A stretch of 20,000 nucleotides of DNA from an uncultured virus (IMG/VR IMGVR_UViG_3300020020_000024). Lineage: Duplodnaviria; Heunggongvirae; Uroviricota; Caudoviricetes. This document shows, piece by piece, positions 1 through 8,179 of this stretch; positions within the stretch are counted from its first letter, which is position 1, and each line of letters opens with the position of its first letter. Where the stretch lies: the IMG/VR virus record IMGVR_UViG_3300020020_000024; one strand, written 5' to 3'. A program made the position numbers and the translations under genes. The notes under the pieces were generated by a model, which ran no database searches, was not told the DNA's origin, and saw only the letters and a program-made list of their open reading frames with translations.

Positions 1-308
1 TCACGGAAAGTTTTTAATATTTCAGTAAGAATTGGGAAATCATTGGTGTAATGACAAATAATTTCCTTCATTAGATTTTCCTGGTCTTTAAAAAGTTCTG
101 TTATTCCTTTGTGGTCAGTAATCTTACTCCATAGTGATTCCAATTCGGCTGCTACTACTTTTTCAAGTTCTGGAATCAATAAATTGATTCTGTTTTTGAG
201 ATCGTGACGGTAATACTTCGTTTCTTTTAATTCGTCCATTAGAGAAAGCAGTCCTTCACATTGCATTATTGCATGTAAGTAAAGATGACTATGATTAGGA
301 ATATTCAT
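1..308 (-). CDS. hypothetical protein, runs off the window start
   Basis: Manual translation: ATG at 308-306, open frame MNIPNHSHLYLHAIMQCEGLLSLMDELKETKYYRHDLKNRINLL... to base 1; packed 4 nt after the stop of the 313..603 ORF. Confidence 0.75.
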   Translation of the reverse strand, partial: MNIPNHSHLYLHAIMQCEGLLSLMDELKETKYYRHDLKNRINLLIPELEKVVAAELESLWSKITDHKGITELFKDQENLMKEIICHYTNDFPILTEILKTFR

Positions 309-312
309 AATA

Positions 313-603
313 CTACTTTTGTTCGTCGTCTTTTTCAAATACAAGTTTTGCAAACTCAAAACCGGCGCATGGCCTACCAGCATCTTTGAATTGCGGGGTA
401 TGGCAATTGAACCCACCCTCAGCCATCAGCATGTATGCAGCATTATCGGCAGCCATGAAATAAGTCAGGTTGTGTTCCTGCTCCCATTTGAAGGCGCAGG
501 TATCGCACATCTTCCCGCATTCACCAAGTTTACCTTGTTGCTTAGCTTTCTCAGCCCCCGCTTTCGCCAGTTGTGATATTGATTCTGCGTAACTGACTAT
601 CAT
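313..603 (-). CDS. small Cys-rich phage protein (DUF6283-like, possibly metal-binding)
   Basis: CDTCAF...FNCH...PCAGF pattern; start overlaps the stop of the upstream MTase. Confidence 0.7.
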   Translation of the reverse strand: MIVSYAESISQLAKAGAEKAKQQGKLGECGKMCDTCAFKWEQEHNLTYFMAADNAAYMLMAEGGFNCHTPQFKDAGRPCAGFEFAKLVFEKDDEQK

Positions 604-1367
604 TATTTATCAATTGTAATAAGACAAGAAGCGACATTTGCGCCACTCTCTTTAAATGTATCCTGCGGTAAATCATCAATATTTGAATTGAGATTGTTTA
701 GCCACCTTTCAAACTCTTTTTCTTTTTTCGTACTCACAATACGAAAATGATTTGAACACACTGTAACGATCCGGCCACCTGGAGCGCAGACTTCATACAT
801 CATCCTGATATGATCAATATCCTGGTTCTTTGCAAATGGAGGATTGGCGATAATAATATCGAATAATAAGTTTTTTTGTTTATACTTTTTGATATCCAAA
901 AAGTTATTGCAGATAAGTCTGCCGTCGTCACTAATATTTTCAAGTAGTTCGTGTTTGGTTGTATCAAGCTCACAGTACCAGTAAAGATTTTTACAACCGT
1001 TCCGGTGAGCAGCATGGATTAAAGCACCTTCTCCGGCATGTGGTTCAAGAAATGTGACAGGAGGCTTTTTTAATCTTGCACTTGGAAAAGCCAAACCAAT
1101 CATGTGATCAGATAAACCCTTTGGGGTATAAAATGATTGAAACTCTTTTTGCAAGTTTCTTTTTACTCCACCCGCTACCTGGGCCACAAGATCAGTAGGA
1201 TCATGAGGAAACAAAAACCCTTGTTCTTTTTTATTCCAAGCACCACCTATTTTTTGTAATGTAGTTGATACTTGAAGATATAGCGGTCTTTCTAATTGAA
1301 CATCTGGCAGCTTAACCAGTTTTCCTTTAATTGTACATTGCTTTAATACTTCTTCTTTTGTTTCCAT
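603..1367 (-). CDS. SAM-dependent amino-methyltransferase, probably DNA N6-adenine
   Basis: FYTP motif X, LEPHAGEGAL SAM-binding motif I, IIANPPF catalytic motif IV, FKESGANV C-terminal motif. Confidence 0.85.
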   Translation of the reverse strand: METKEEVLKQCTIKGKLVKLPDVQLERPLYLQVSTTLQKIGGAWNKKEQGFLFPHDPTDLVAQVAGGVKRNLQKEFQSFYTPKGLSDHMIGLAFPSARLKKPPVTFLEPHAGEGALIHAAHRNGCKNLYWYCELDTTKHELLENISDDGRLICNNFLDIKKYKQKNLLFDIIIANPPFAKNQDIDHIRMMYEVCAPGGRIVTVCSNHFRIVSTKKEKEFERWLNNLNSNIDDLPQDTFKESGANVASCLITIDK

Positions 1368-1375
1368 GATTGTTT

Positions 1376-1720
1376 TTATTTTATCTTTTTAACGATTGCG
1401 TAATTTTTTGATTGGTCTAGCTTCATAATATTCATTCCAAGTAAAAAAGCCTCACACCAGGAAATATTTGATTTATCCATGAATGTGATTATTAGCTGGT
1501 TACTGACTATTTCTTTTGTACTAAATAAATAAACGTAATGCTCAATAGGATTCAACAGTATTCGACGATCCAAGCCGGTTGATCTCAGAGCGTATTCAAG
1601 ATGGCCATACCTTCTTGTAAGATTCTTATTTGTGATAATATCAAAACGGTAGGCGTCGTCCTCAACTTCAATCGCAAAAATGCTTTTTAGGATTTCTTTA
1701 ATATTAACTGTCTTTGCCAT
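1376..1720 (-). CDS. hypothetical protein
   Basis: 114-aa ORF in a tightly packed minus-strand run, overlapping the upstream stop. Confidence 0.65.
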   Translation of the reverse strand: MAKTVNIKEILKSIFAIEVEDDAYRFDIITNKNLTRRYGHLEYALRSTGLDRRILLNPIEHYVYLFSTKEIVSNQLIITFMDKSNISWCEAFLLGMNIMKLDQSKNYAIVKKIK

Positions 1721-2372
1721 TTAGCTTTAGTTTTTTTTCAGTTATATCTTGACATACTAACTCAAATGCAGTAAACACTTTTCTCATTACAGCAAATGAA
1801 TGTTGCTTCCCGTCTGATAGTTCATCAATTGCTTTTGTCCAAATCTCTCTTGGTTTCATCCAAAGCTGACTCATTTTTTCCTCTGTATCAACCTTACCGT
1901 TAAAAGCTCCATAACTAAAAAATGTATCGGTCTTGAAAAAGCAGAACCTTGCGTTTGATTTTATTTCTTCTTGTAAAATAAATTGCTTTATTACAGGTAT
2001 GGTCATTGATATTAAATTATCAATTGCTGGTTTTGCTTTAAGAATTTGAGCAGCCAGCTTGCCAGCAAGTATGAACTTTTCAAGTGTGTTAGGATCGTCG
2101 TTTTCCAGGAATCTTGCCTTATAGTGACATTCCTTTTCTTCTTCATTTGTAATAGTAACAAATATATAAAGCAAATTGTTGGCCATGCAGTACCACCCAT
2201 CTTTTGCACGACGAACATATGTAAAACATAGCGGTTCACAGTTTTCACTTACCTCTGAAAGATGAATAATTTTGTTGATCATTGCTGCATGATTCTTAAA
2301 ATCAAGACTACTGCATTCTTCTTCCGTCGCAAATGGTTTTACCAGTTCGATCATTTCTTCTGTTATAATCAT
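1704..2372 (-). CDS. hypothetical protein
   Basis: 222-aa ORF with ATG start and A-rich leader. Confidence 0.75.
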   Translation of the reverse strand: MIITEEMIELVKPFATEEECSSLDFKNHAAMINKIIHLSEVSENCEPLCFTYVRRAKDGWYCMANNLLYIFVTITNEEEKECHYKARFLENDDPNTLEKFILAGKLAAQILKAKPAIDNLISMTIPVIKQFILQEEIKSNARFCFFKTDTFFSYGAFNGKVDTEEKMSQLWMKPREIWTKAIDELSDGKQHSFAVMRKVFTAFELVCQDITEKKLKLNGKDS

Positions 2373-2398
2373 CTTTCTTTTTTAATTTTTTAAAATTT

Positions 2399-2424
2399 AG
2401 CCAGGGCATTGATATGCCCCGGCA
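2399..2424. terminator. GC-rich hairpin, possible terminator
   Basis: gccagggcat-tgat-atgccccggc imperfect inverted repeat in an intergenic gap. Confidence 0.4.
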
Positions 2425-2457
2425 TCTATTCTATTTTTACAAAAAAACCCTCTTTAG

Positions 2458-2730
2458 TCAATTCCATTTTACACCATCTTCCCATTCTATTTCCATTGTT
2501 CCTTGTGGCCATCGATGCCACATATCAAGTATGCAGGTAAGGTCAGACAGATCAGATAGCTTATTATATTGCTTATAATCCTTTGCATCGTCGGCTATTT
2601 TCATTTGCTCTTTTACTTTTTTATGAAGCATAGTAAAATTTAGTTTGCCAACCTGCTGCCTCAAAATTGTTAGCCGATGTGTCTCTGACATCTTAGCTAG
2701 GCTGCGTACCAGTTTATCAGTAGCTTTCAT
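2458..2730 (-). CDS. hypothetical protein
   Basis: 90-aa ORF, ATG start overlapping the upstream ORF end. Confidence 0.65.
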   Translation of the reverse strand: MKATDKLVRSLAKMSETHRLTILRQQVGKLNFTMLHKKVKEQMKIADDAKDYKQYNKLSDLSDLTCILDMWHRWPQGTMEIEWEDGVKWN

Positions 2731-2959
2731 TTCCTATTGCGTCAATCTTTTTATCCAAACGATCAATTTTTTCATTCAATTTTATAAGTCCATTTTCATC
2801 GTTTATAAATCGCAATTGCAACATATACCAATTAGCCATAAGCCAATATGCGAACAGTTTTATTGATTTTATAAAAACGATACCTACTCCCATAGTGATA
2901 GAATAAACATTAATACAGTAATGAAAACAATACCGATTGCGAATCCGAATAGAAACCAC
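2717..2959 (-). CDS. hypothetical small protein, possibly membrane-associated; start uncertain
   Basis: Hydrophobic middle and coiled-coil-like C-terminus (LIKLNEKIDRLDKKIDAI); fits operon packing. Confidence 0.4.
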   Translation of the reverse strand: MVSIRIRNRYCFHYCINVYSITMGVGIVFIKSIKLFAYWLMANWYMLQLRFINDENGLIKLNEKIDRLDKKIDAIGNESY

Positions 2960-2965
2960 GCCGTT

Positions 2966-3205
2966 TTAACTTGCTTCATATTTTACTTTTTTAGCAGGTT
3001 GCGTTCTTGCTTGCTTAATAAATTCATTTATCTTTCCAGATTCAATTAACAAATAAGTAAAGAATGCGTAATAGTATCTGTGCTTACTATTACTATGAGA
3101 TGCCATATCATCGAACAGATCACGCTTAAATTTAGCATCTATGTCATAAACCAATCCAGACTCTTTAATTATTGTTGAGTTCTGCTTCATATGCTTTTCT
3201 TGCAT
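2966..3205 (-). CDS. hypothetical protein (start possibly ATG 3190)
   Basis: 79-aa ORF overlapping the upstream gene end. Confidence 0.6.
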   Translation of the reverse strand: MQEKHMKQNSTIIKESGLVYDIDAKFKRDLFDDMASHSNSKHRYYYAFFTYLLIESGKINEFIKQARTQPAKKVKYEAS

Positions 3206-3641
3206 TTTTAATTTCTACTGCATAATCCCTTTGCACCTGCTCCCAAAATTCAGGTCTCACTCTTACATCATAGCCAGCGAATACCTTAGTTCTTTGAACA
3301 TTCTCCATTTGTCTAGCATTACGCTTCTTTTTTTCCAGGTCTAGAAGTTTCTCTAATGCCTCTGATCCTGGAACTTTAATCATTTTATTGAAATTGCTCT
3401 GTGGCAGAGTGGCGATGTAATCAAATTTGAATTTCATAAAATCAAACCTTGCATCCTTGCCGTATATTTCCAGGCATATCGCTAATGCAAGTTGAGCAGC
3501 ACCGCTACCAGGGTAACCCCAATTGAACTCAGATGACATCTTTGATCGTTCAAGACTTTTTTTAATAGCAAGTTTTTTACCATTCAGATAAACATACTTC
3601 TTGAAATAATTTCCTCTGAGTTGAATTGTGATCAGTTTCAT
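3165..3641 (-). CDS. DUF6166-like phage protein
   Basis: FNWGYPGSGAAQLALAI...FKFDYIATLP motif recalled as typical of this family. Confidence 0.7.
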   Translation of the reverse strand: MKLITIQLRGNYFKKYVYLNGKKLAIKKSLERSKMSSEFNWGYPGSGAAQLALAICLEIYGKDARFDFMKFKFDYIATLPQSNFNKMIKVPGSEALEKLLDLEKKKRNARQMENVQRTKVFAGYDVRVRPEFWEQVQRDYAVEIKNARKAYEAELNNN

Positions 3642-3659
3642 ACGTTAATTGATTCTTTA

Positions 3660-3826
3660 AAAAGGGGCATCCCGCATCCGGGTCAGCCCCACCATTAAAC
3701 CTCAACCTAAGCCTTATGCAAAGTCATTTAAAGAGAGCCTACCGATTAAGGAACGGCTCTCTCATTAACCGTCCATGTTAATATATTGAAGAAAGACCCT
3801 ACCGCCCATGCGGATCGGGCCTTCCT
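3660..3826 (-). ncRNA. three tandem related hairpins with spacers; candidate small-RNA array (first hairpin probably also terminates 3827..4645)
   Basis: Hairpins at 3664-3690, 3732-3762 and 3795-3821, each an outer stem plus internal loop plus inner stem, followed by U-rich sequence on the minus strand. Confidence 0.45.
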
Positions 3827-4645
3827 TTACAACCTATTTTGTTGCGCCATCTTTTCTGCTGACATGGTTTTAGAATAAAAATATCCGTTGTATTGCTGCT
3901 TAGCCCACGCAGCAAGATCATCTGATATGGTAGGCATTTCCAAAATAACAGCAACCATTGATTCTAATACACTGGCCCGATCGGAAACCTGCGAAGCAAA
4001 CTCCTGGACTTCTTCTAAGTTTTTAAGGTTTGCATCAGGGAAGTGAATATTATTGATTTTACCATTTGTGAATATGTGAATACCACAATTATTCTTTAGC
4101 CAGAAACTAATTTCTCCGTTATGAATAAGAATATAGTTGACTGATTTTTTTAAAACTGGATTTGAAAGGTAGTGTCTGCCAACCTTATTGGTATTATCTA
4201 TCCGTTCTTGCTGAATGGTTGTGATGTGTTGTTCTCTTGCATGGTAATGCTTTACCCCCAGGTCTATCAGAGCCTTTAATTTATCAGCATCAATTTCTTT
4301 GTTAATATTAATCCTAATTACATAATTCTTTGTGACGTCAACTGTCATTGTTCTCATTGCAATAAAACGATTCTTCCTGATAGTGGTCTTTCTTGTATAA
4401 GCATTTGCTCCAGCATAAGAAGCGTTATCAAAGTTTATGGTAAATACAGCATCTTTTATTTTTATTTCGTTGGTATGCAGCTTGGATTCAATTTCAAAGT
4501 CAAGTGACTCTAAGAATGAAATGAATTTGCTACCGTAAATATTATCGTCTGCACGGGTTTCAAACTCCCTGTTTTTGTCATTGATCTCAAACATTGTAGT
4601 ATGCTTCTTTGTCATCTTTCTTGTTTCTAAAAAATCAGTAGTCAT
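3827..4645 (-). CDS. hypothetical protein
   Basis: 272-aa ORF with ATG start, followed by a hairpin. Confidence 0.8.
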   Translation of the reverse strand: MTTDFLETRKMTKKHTTMFEINDKNREFETRADDNIYGSKFISFLESLDFEIESKLHTNEIKIKDAVFTINFDNASYAGANAYTRKTTIRKNRFIAMRTMTVDVTKNYVIRININKEIDADKLKALIDLGVKHYHAREQHITTIQQERIDNTNKVGRHYLSNPVLKKSVNYILIHNGEISFWLKNNCGIHIFTNGKINNIHFPDANLKNLEEVQEFASQVSDRASVLESMVAVILEMPTISDDLAAWAKQQYNGYFYSKTMSAEKMAQQNRL

Positions 4646-4647
4646 GA

Positions 4648-4878
4648 TTACTCCGGTATTGGTTTTGTGAAAAATGAAACAATCTTAGCTTCCCTTTTGA
4701 CAATAGTAACTTTGTTCTTTACAAAAGGTTTCATGTGCGTCAGAAGGTCTGATTCGTTTTCGGTATATGCAGCACCCGCTACCACACACAAGCAACCTGC
4801 TAGTGCCATCTCGTTTGATTTCTCACAATCCCTTACGAGTCTATTTATTTTATCAATTAAAATATCTCTTGCATTCAT
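4648..4878 (-). CDS. hypothetical protein (start revised to ATG 4878)
   Basis: MNARDILIDK...; this start removes the overlap with 4889..5782. Confidence 0.65.
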   Translation of the reverse strand: MNARDILIDKINRLVRDCEKSNEMALAGCLCVVAGAAYTENESDLLTHMKPFVKNKVTIVKREAKIVSFFTKPIPE

Positions 4879-4888
4879 ATAAGTAGCT

Positions 4889-5782
4889 TTATAAGAATGA
4901 ACTGATTTGATCCCTGAGATTAAGCAACTGTTCTCTTGTGAATCTGCCGATAACTTCAATATCTTTCACAACTTCAAAGTCTGGCTCTTGCCCTGTATAA
5001 CTTTCTTCTGAGGTAACATAATATTTCGTCTCTGCTTCATCGTATCCCGCATTAATAGCCTGATTGGTTTCATCTGCAACAGGTGTGCCAACGGTTTTGT
5101 ATTTCACCAATACATATAATTCGCTTGTCTCAATGTTAGACATAGTGCCTGATGCGATAATCTTATTTACTTTATCATTCCTGTCGTTGACATGCTTTAC
5201 AACATCATCAATCATACCATCATCTATTAATTGCTTCATGGTATTGTGCCATACGCCTTTTTGCGCATAACCAAATACTTTATCATCTTTTAGAACTGAA
5301 AAGGTTCTGATATTATTCCTCATTGAATATATCTCTGCATCATGTACTGCCCTTCCAAGTTCTTGTACCGTCTTTTGTTGTTTTAATCCCCTGATTATTA
5401 TTATCTCCTTCTGTCGTGGATAAGATAATTCCTCTTGTACATAGAACTTGTTTTCTACGGCCATATCCCATGCCATATTCCAAAGGTTAATATCAAGAGC
5501 ATCCTGTCTGCTTTTTTCCGTATGTGCATATTCGTAATCGCTTGGCATTGTTGGTCTGCGTCCAACTACGTTTATAAACGCTTCGTCCATTGTCATATTA
5601 GCATCAAGATATTCATGTGAGGCACAAGAATCTTTTTCATTGTCATTTTTAGTAATGACTTCATTTATCTGCTTCCTACTAAGATCACGACGAAGTATTC
5701 TTGAAAATTCTTTAGCAAGTGTTATTTGTAGTTGTAAGTCGCCGATAACCGGAGAGGTTGATTTATTGTTTGTTGTTGTCAT
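4889..5782 (-). CDS. hypothetical phage protein
   Basis: 297-aa ORF; CASHEYLDANMTMDEAF motif; leader taacctttacaacATG. Confidence 0.8.
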   Translation of the reverse strand: MTTTNNKSTSPVIGDLQLQITLAKEFSRILRRDLSRKQINEVITKNDNEKDSCASHEYLDANMTMDEAFINVVGRRPTMPSDYEYAHTEKSRQDALDINLWNMAWDMAVENKFYVQEELSYPRQKEIIIIRGLKQQKTVQELGRAVHDAEIYSMRNNIRTFSVLKDDKVFGYAQKGVWHNTMKQLIDDGMIDDVVKHVNDRNDKVNKIIASGTMSNIETSELYVLVKYKTVGTPVADETNQAINAGYDEAETKYYVTSEESYTGQEPDFEVVKDIEVIGRFTREQLLNLRDQISSFL

Positions 5783-5802
5783 GTTGTAAAGGTTATATTG
5801 AA

Positions 5803-6102
5803 TTAAGAAATTCTTTTTACATCAGCACCCATCCCCGGTTCATGTCTCTCACCAACTTCTAGTTTGACTATGGCTTGCCAATCAGGGTCAGACATAAATT
5901 CAAAAATGTCTTTAACATCAACTGCGTCCATGTTTACTACAAGTATTTCTATAAGGGAACTTGGCTCGTTTGAATCAACTGAATAAGTTCTTGAAGTAAA
6001 TTCGTCAAGTGTGAGATTATACTTTTCACAGAATTTCTTCTTTGTGTCATCGCTGAGTTTGGCGATCAGGTTCGCAACGTGATTTTCGTGGTTGTATGTC
6101 AT
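5803..6102 (-). CDS. hypothetical acidic protein
   Basis: 99-aa ORF directly downstream of a TAnnTTTG promoter. Confidence 0.75.
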   Translation of the reverse strand: MTYNHENHVANLIAKLSDDTKKKFCEKYNLTLDEFTSRTYSVDSNEPSSLIEILVVNMDAVDVKDIFEFMSDPDWQAIVKLEVGERHEPGMGADVKRIS

Positions 6103-6132
6103 ACGCTGTAAAGGTTAAAGCAATACAATAAT

Positions 6133-6164
6133 CAAATATATATATTTATATATAATAATGCCAA
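6133..6164 (-). promoter_or_regulatory. Bacteroidota sigma70-type promoter
   Basis: Minus strand TTGG (6164-6161), 20 nt, TATATTTG (6140-6133); consensus is TTTG-N19-21-TAnnTTTG. Confidence 0.65.
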
Positions 6165-6196
6165 CAGTCACGAAAAAATATTTCGTGACTGTTTTT
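6163..6196. terminator. intrinsic terminator-like hairpin after 6207..6587
   Basis: Perfect 13-bp stem aacagtcacgaaa (6163-6175) / tttcgtgactgtt (6181-6193). Confidence 0.65.
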
Positions 6197-6206
6197 GGCT
6201 TTATTG

Positions 6207-6587
6207 TTAGAATCCGTAGGGGTTTGTTGTTCTGACCTTTAATGTTGAATGAAAAGGAGCAATAATGGTAGCCCTGATCCACATATTAGGTACAAAGAGA
6301 GCGGGTGTGCCATTTTCATCAGAATGGCCAACTAAGAAAATGTTATATGCAAATGGTTCAAGAGTAAATGTTTCTGTAATACCAACTGACAATAATTCAA
6401 TTTCGATAGTGATCGTTTGGTCAGTATAATTCGTAAGAGCCACGCTATAACCAGCGTAATCGCTGTAAGAGTTATAATCTATGAATTCCATACGGAACGC
6501 ACGATTTGAAGAAGCGTTTTTTTTCTGAGCATTAACGTTGCTGGTGAATGCTGCAAGTACTAAAAGTACGATAGTAAGTTTTTTCAT
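6207..6587 (-). CDS. secreted protein with Sec signal peptide (start revised to ATG 6587)
   Basis: MKKLTIVLLVLAAFTSNVNA-Q: signal peptide with Gln at +1, common in Bacteroidota; own promoter and terminator. Confidence 0.8.
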   Translation of the reverse strand: MKKLTIVLLVLAAFTSNVNAQKKNASSNRAFRMEFIDYNSYSDYAGYSVALTNYTDQTITIEIELLSVGITETFTLEPFAYNIFLVGHSDENGTPALFVPNMWIRATIIAPFHSTLKVRTTNPYGF

Positions 6588-6617
6588 TGTTGTAAAGTTT
6601 AGAGTTAAAAGGATTAT

Positions 6618-6637
6618 CAAATGTATATATATACATT
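6618..6637 (-). promoter_or_regulatory. -7 promoter element overlapped by an 18-bp palindrome
   Basis: TACATTTG on the minus strand (6625-6618); aatgtatatatatacatt palindrome at 6620-6637. Confidence 0.55.
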
Positions 6638-6729
6638 AGCTAATACTATCTTTTTTGCAAAAATATTTTTACAACACGCATTTGGCTATACAACTTCGTT
6701 ATATAACAGGAGATTAGAGGGATTAGTAA

Positions 6730-7434
6730 TTATACGTTAGTGCGGATCGCAGCAAGGATAGCCCCATCCTGGCCTACGAATTTCTTTATATAGGCTCTTG
6801 TTTCTTCAACCTTTAATTTGCTTACGATTGTAGCGGTATCTGCATTTTTGAGACCAGCAAGAATAATTTCTTTAGTGTAGTTTCCGTATCCACGATTATA
6901 TAAAATAATAACGTGATCGAGTTTGTAATCACCGAAATCCTTTTTGGTTTTTGCCATCAGTTGGGCAAGGTGCATTGTGCCCATCCATATACTGAATTCA
7001 GGGATCAGTAGTGATTCATATATTTTCTTTTTCCAGGACAAAGTAAGTAGCGGAACAAAGCCACCAATCTTTAAAAAGTCGGGAAGGTATTTTTGAATAA
7101 TACTTGCTTCTGCCGGTTTCAGACTTGCTGCCTGGTCTTTTATTGTTTGGTATGCAGTAGCAACTTGCATTTGCATGAGACCATAAGAACATCCATAATT
7201 TGATTTGTCTAGTGTGGAGCAGCCATAGCTTATAGCTTTGGGATCTAGTGCAGTATTTTCAATGATCATGAAACCAACAACAAAGTTTTTGTCAATACCA
7301 ACTGTATCAGCTGCTGCCCTGATTACTGACCCATAGTTTGTTTTGATTTTATTTGCTGCTACAACGGCATCCCTGCTGAAAGTATCTGAATACTTTTCGT
7401 TGATCATTGGGAATTGAATATAATTAGTTGCCAT
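6730..7434 (-). CDS. lytic transglycosylase (SLT/lysozyme-like fold); endolysin or virion muralytic enzyme
   Basis: Catalytic Glu motif MIIEN..DPKAIS, YGLMQM, YNRGYG and ETRAYIKK motifs. Confidence 0.85.
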   Translation of the reverse strand: MATNYIQFPMINEKYSDTFSRDAVVAANKIKTNYGSVIRAAADTVGIDKNFVVGFMIIENTALDPKAISYGCSTLDKSNYGCSYGLMQMQVATAYQTIKDQAASLKPAEASIIQKYLPDFLKIGGFVPLLTLSWKKKIYESLLIPEFSIWMGTMHLAQLMAKTKKDFGDYKLDHVIILYNRGYGNYTKEIILAGLKNADTATIVSKLKVEETRAYIKKFVGQDGAILAAIRTNV

Positions 7435-7436
7435 GA

Positions 7437-7577
7437 TTATTCTATTCCTTTTGTGTTTCTTAATTCTGCTCTATCTTCTTCTGAAAGTTTGTTTGGTCTG
7501 CGGATAAAGAAGTACCATCCAGCAACGCCGCCTAAAACCAAGACGGAACTAATGATGATCGCTACCTTAATTTTCAT
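7437..7577 (-). CDS. small single-pass membrane protein (46 aa, start ATG 7577)
   Basis: MKIKVAIIISSVLVLGGVAGWYFFIRRP followed by a charged tail; 2 nt upstream of the SLT gene start. Confidence 0.7.
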   Translation of the reverse strand: MKIKVAIIISSVLVLGGVAGWYFFIRRPNKLSEEDRAELRNTKGIE

Positions 7578-7686
7578 ATAAAATGTGTGGATGCGGCTAA
7601 AAATAAGTAAAAAAAATTGAAGCCAGCAACTGTTATTTGCCAGAGTTGGTGGCAAATAATAATTCAATGTTTAATCCGTCAATCTT

Positions 7687-8158
7687 TATATTAGTTCCTT
7701 GATTTGGGTAAAGGAAGTAATGCTTCTTTTAAGGAACAACAAACGGATGTCTTTGCAGTAGGCATCCGTTCTCCTTTTAAAAATCAAAAACAATTGTATC
7801 TTTATTGCGCTAACTTTTTTTAAAGTTGGCTTTTTCTGTTATAATATCATAATAATATTTTTAACTCTCTCATTGGACATACCTGTTGTTATAAGCAGCC
7901 TCTTTATTAGGGGCTGTTTCTTTTTTATTATATTTACCTCGTAGTTTTTCATAGGATATTGAACATAACCAGGATCACCTGCCATTTTTATGGTGGGTGA
8001 TTTTTTATAACTACAACTTTTTAAAAATATTTTTTACAAGATTTGGGTAATTTCTATATAACTTAGGATTGTAATTCTTCCTCAAACTTGCCATAGTTTA
8101 GATTAATTACATCGTCCTGAAATTATAAACCCCCGATTTCCATCGAGGGTTTTGTTTT
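7687..8158 (+). ncRNA. array of short promoter-like/spacer/terminator-hairpin units; candidate small RNAs
   Basis: Five U-tailed hairpins (7742-7770, 7809-7830, 7894-7918, 7974-8001, 8127-8152), each preceded by a degenerate TAnnTTTG-like element (7687, 7797, 7856, 7929, 8059); no ORF of 60 aa or more in about 500 bp. Confidence 0.5.
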
Positions 8159-8179
8159 ATATACCGTCCAAGTATAATA

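Noticed and set aside
6659..8039. Near-repeat aaaaatattttt(t)acaa at 6659 and 8023
   Set aside because: Low-complexity AT sequence with only two copies; could be chance
7840..8094. Minus-strand micro-ORFs starting at the CAT sites (e.g. MASLRKNY..., MKNYEVNI...)
   Set aside because: Under 40 aa, motif-free, and one runs through a terminator hairpin; not called, but kept as the alternative explanation for the antisense-to-start pattern
3660..8160. CRISPR array interpretation of the hairpin clusters
   Set aside because: No identical direct repeats of CRISPR length and no cas genes visible
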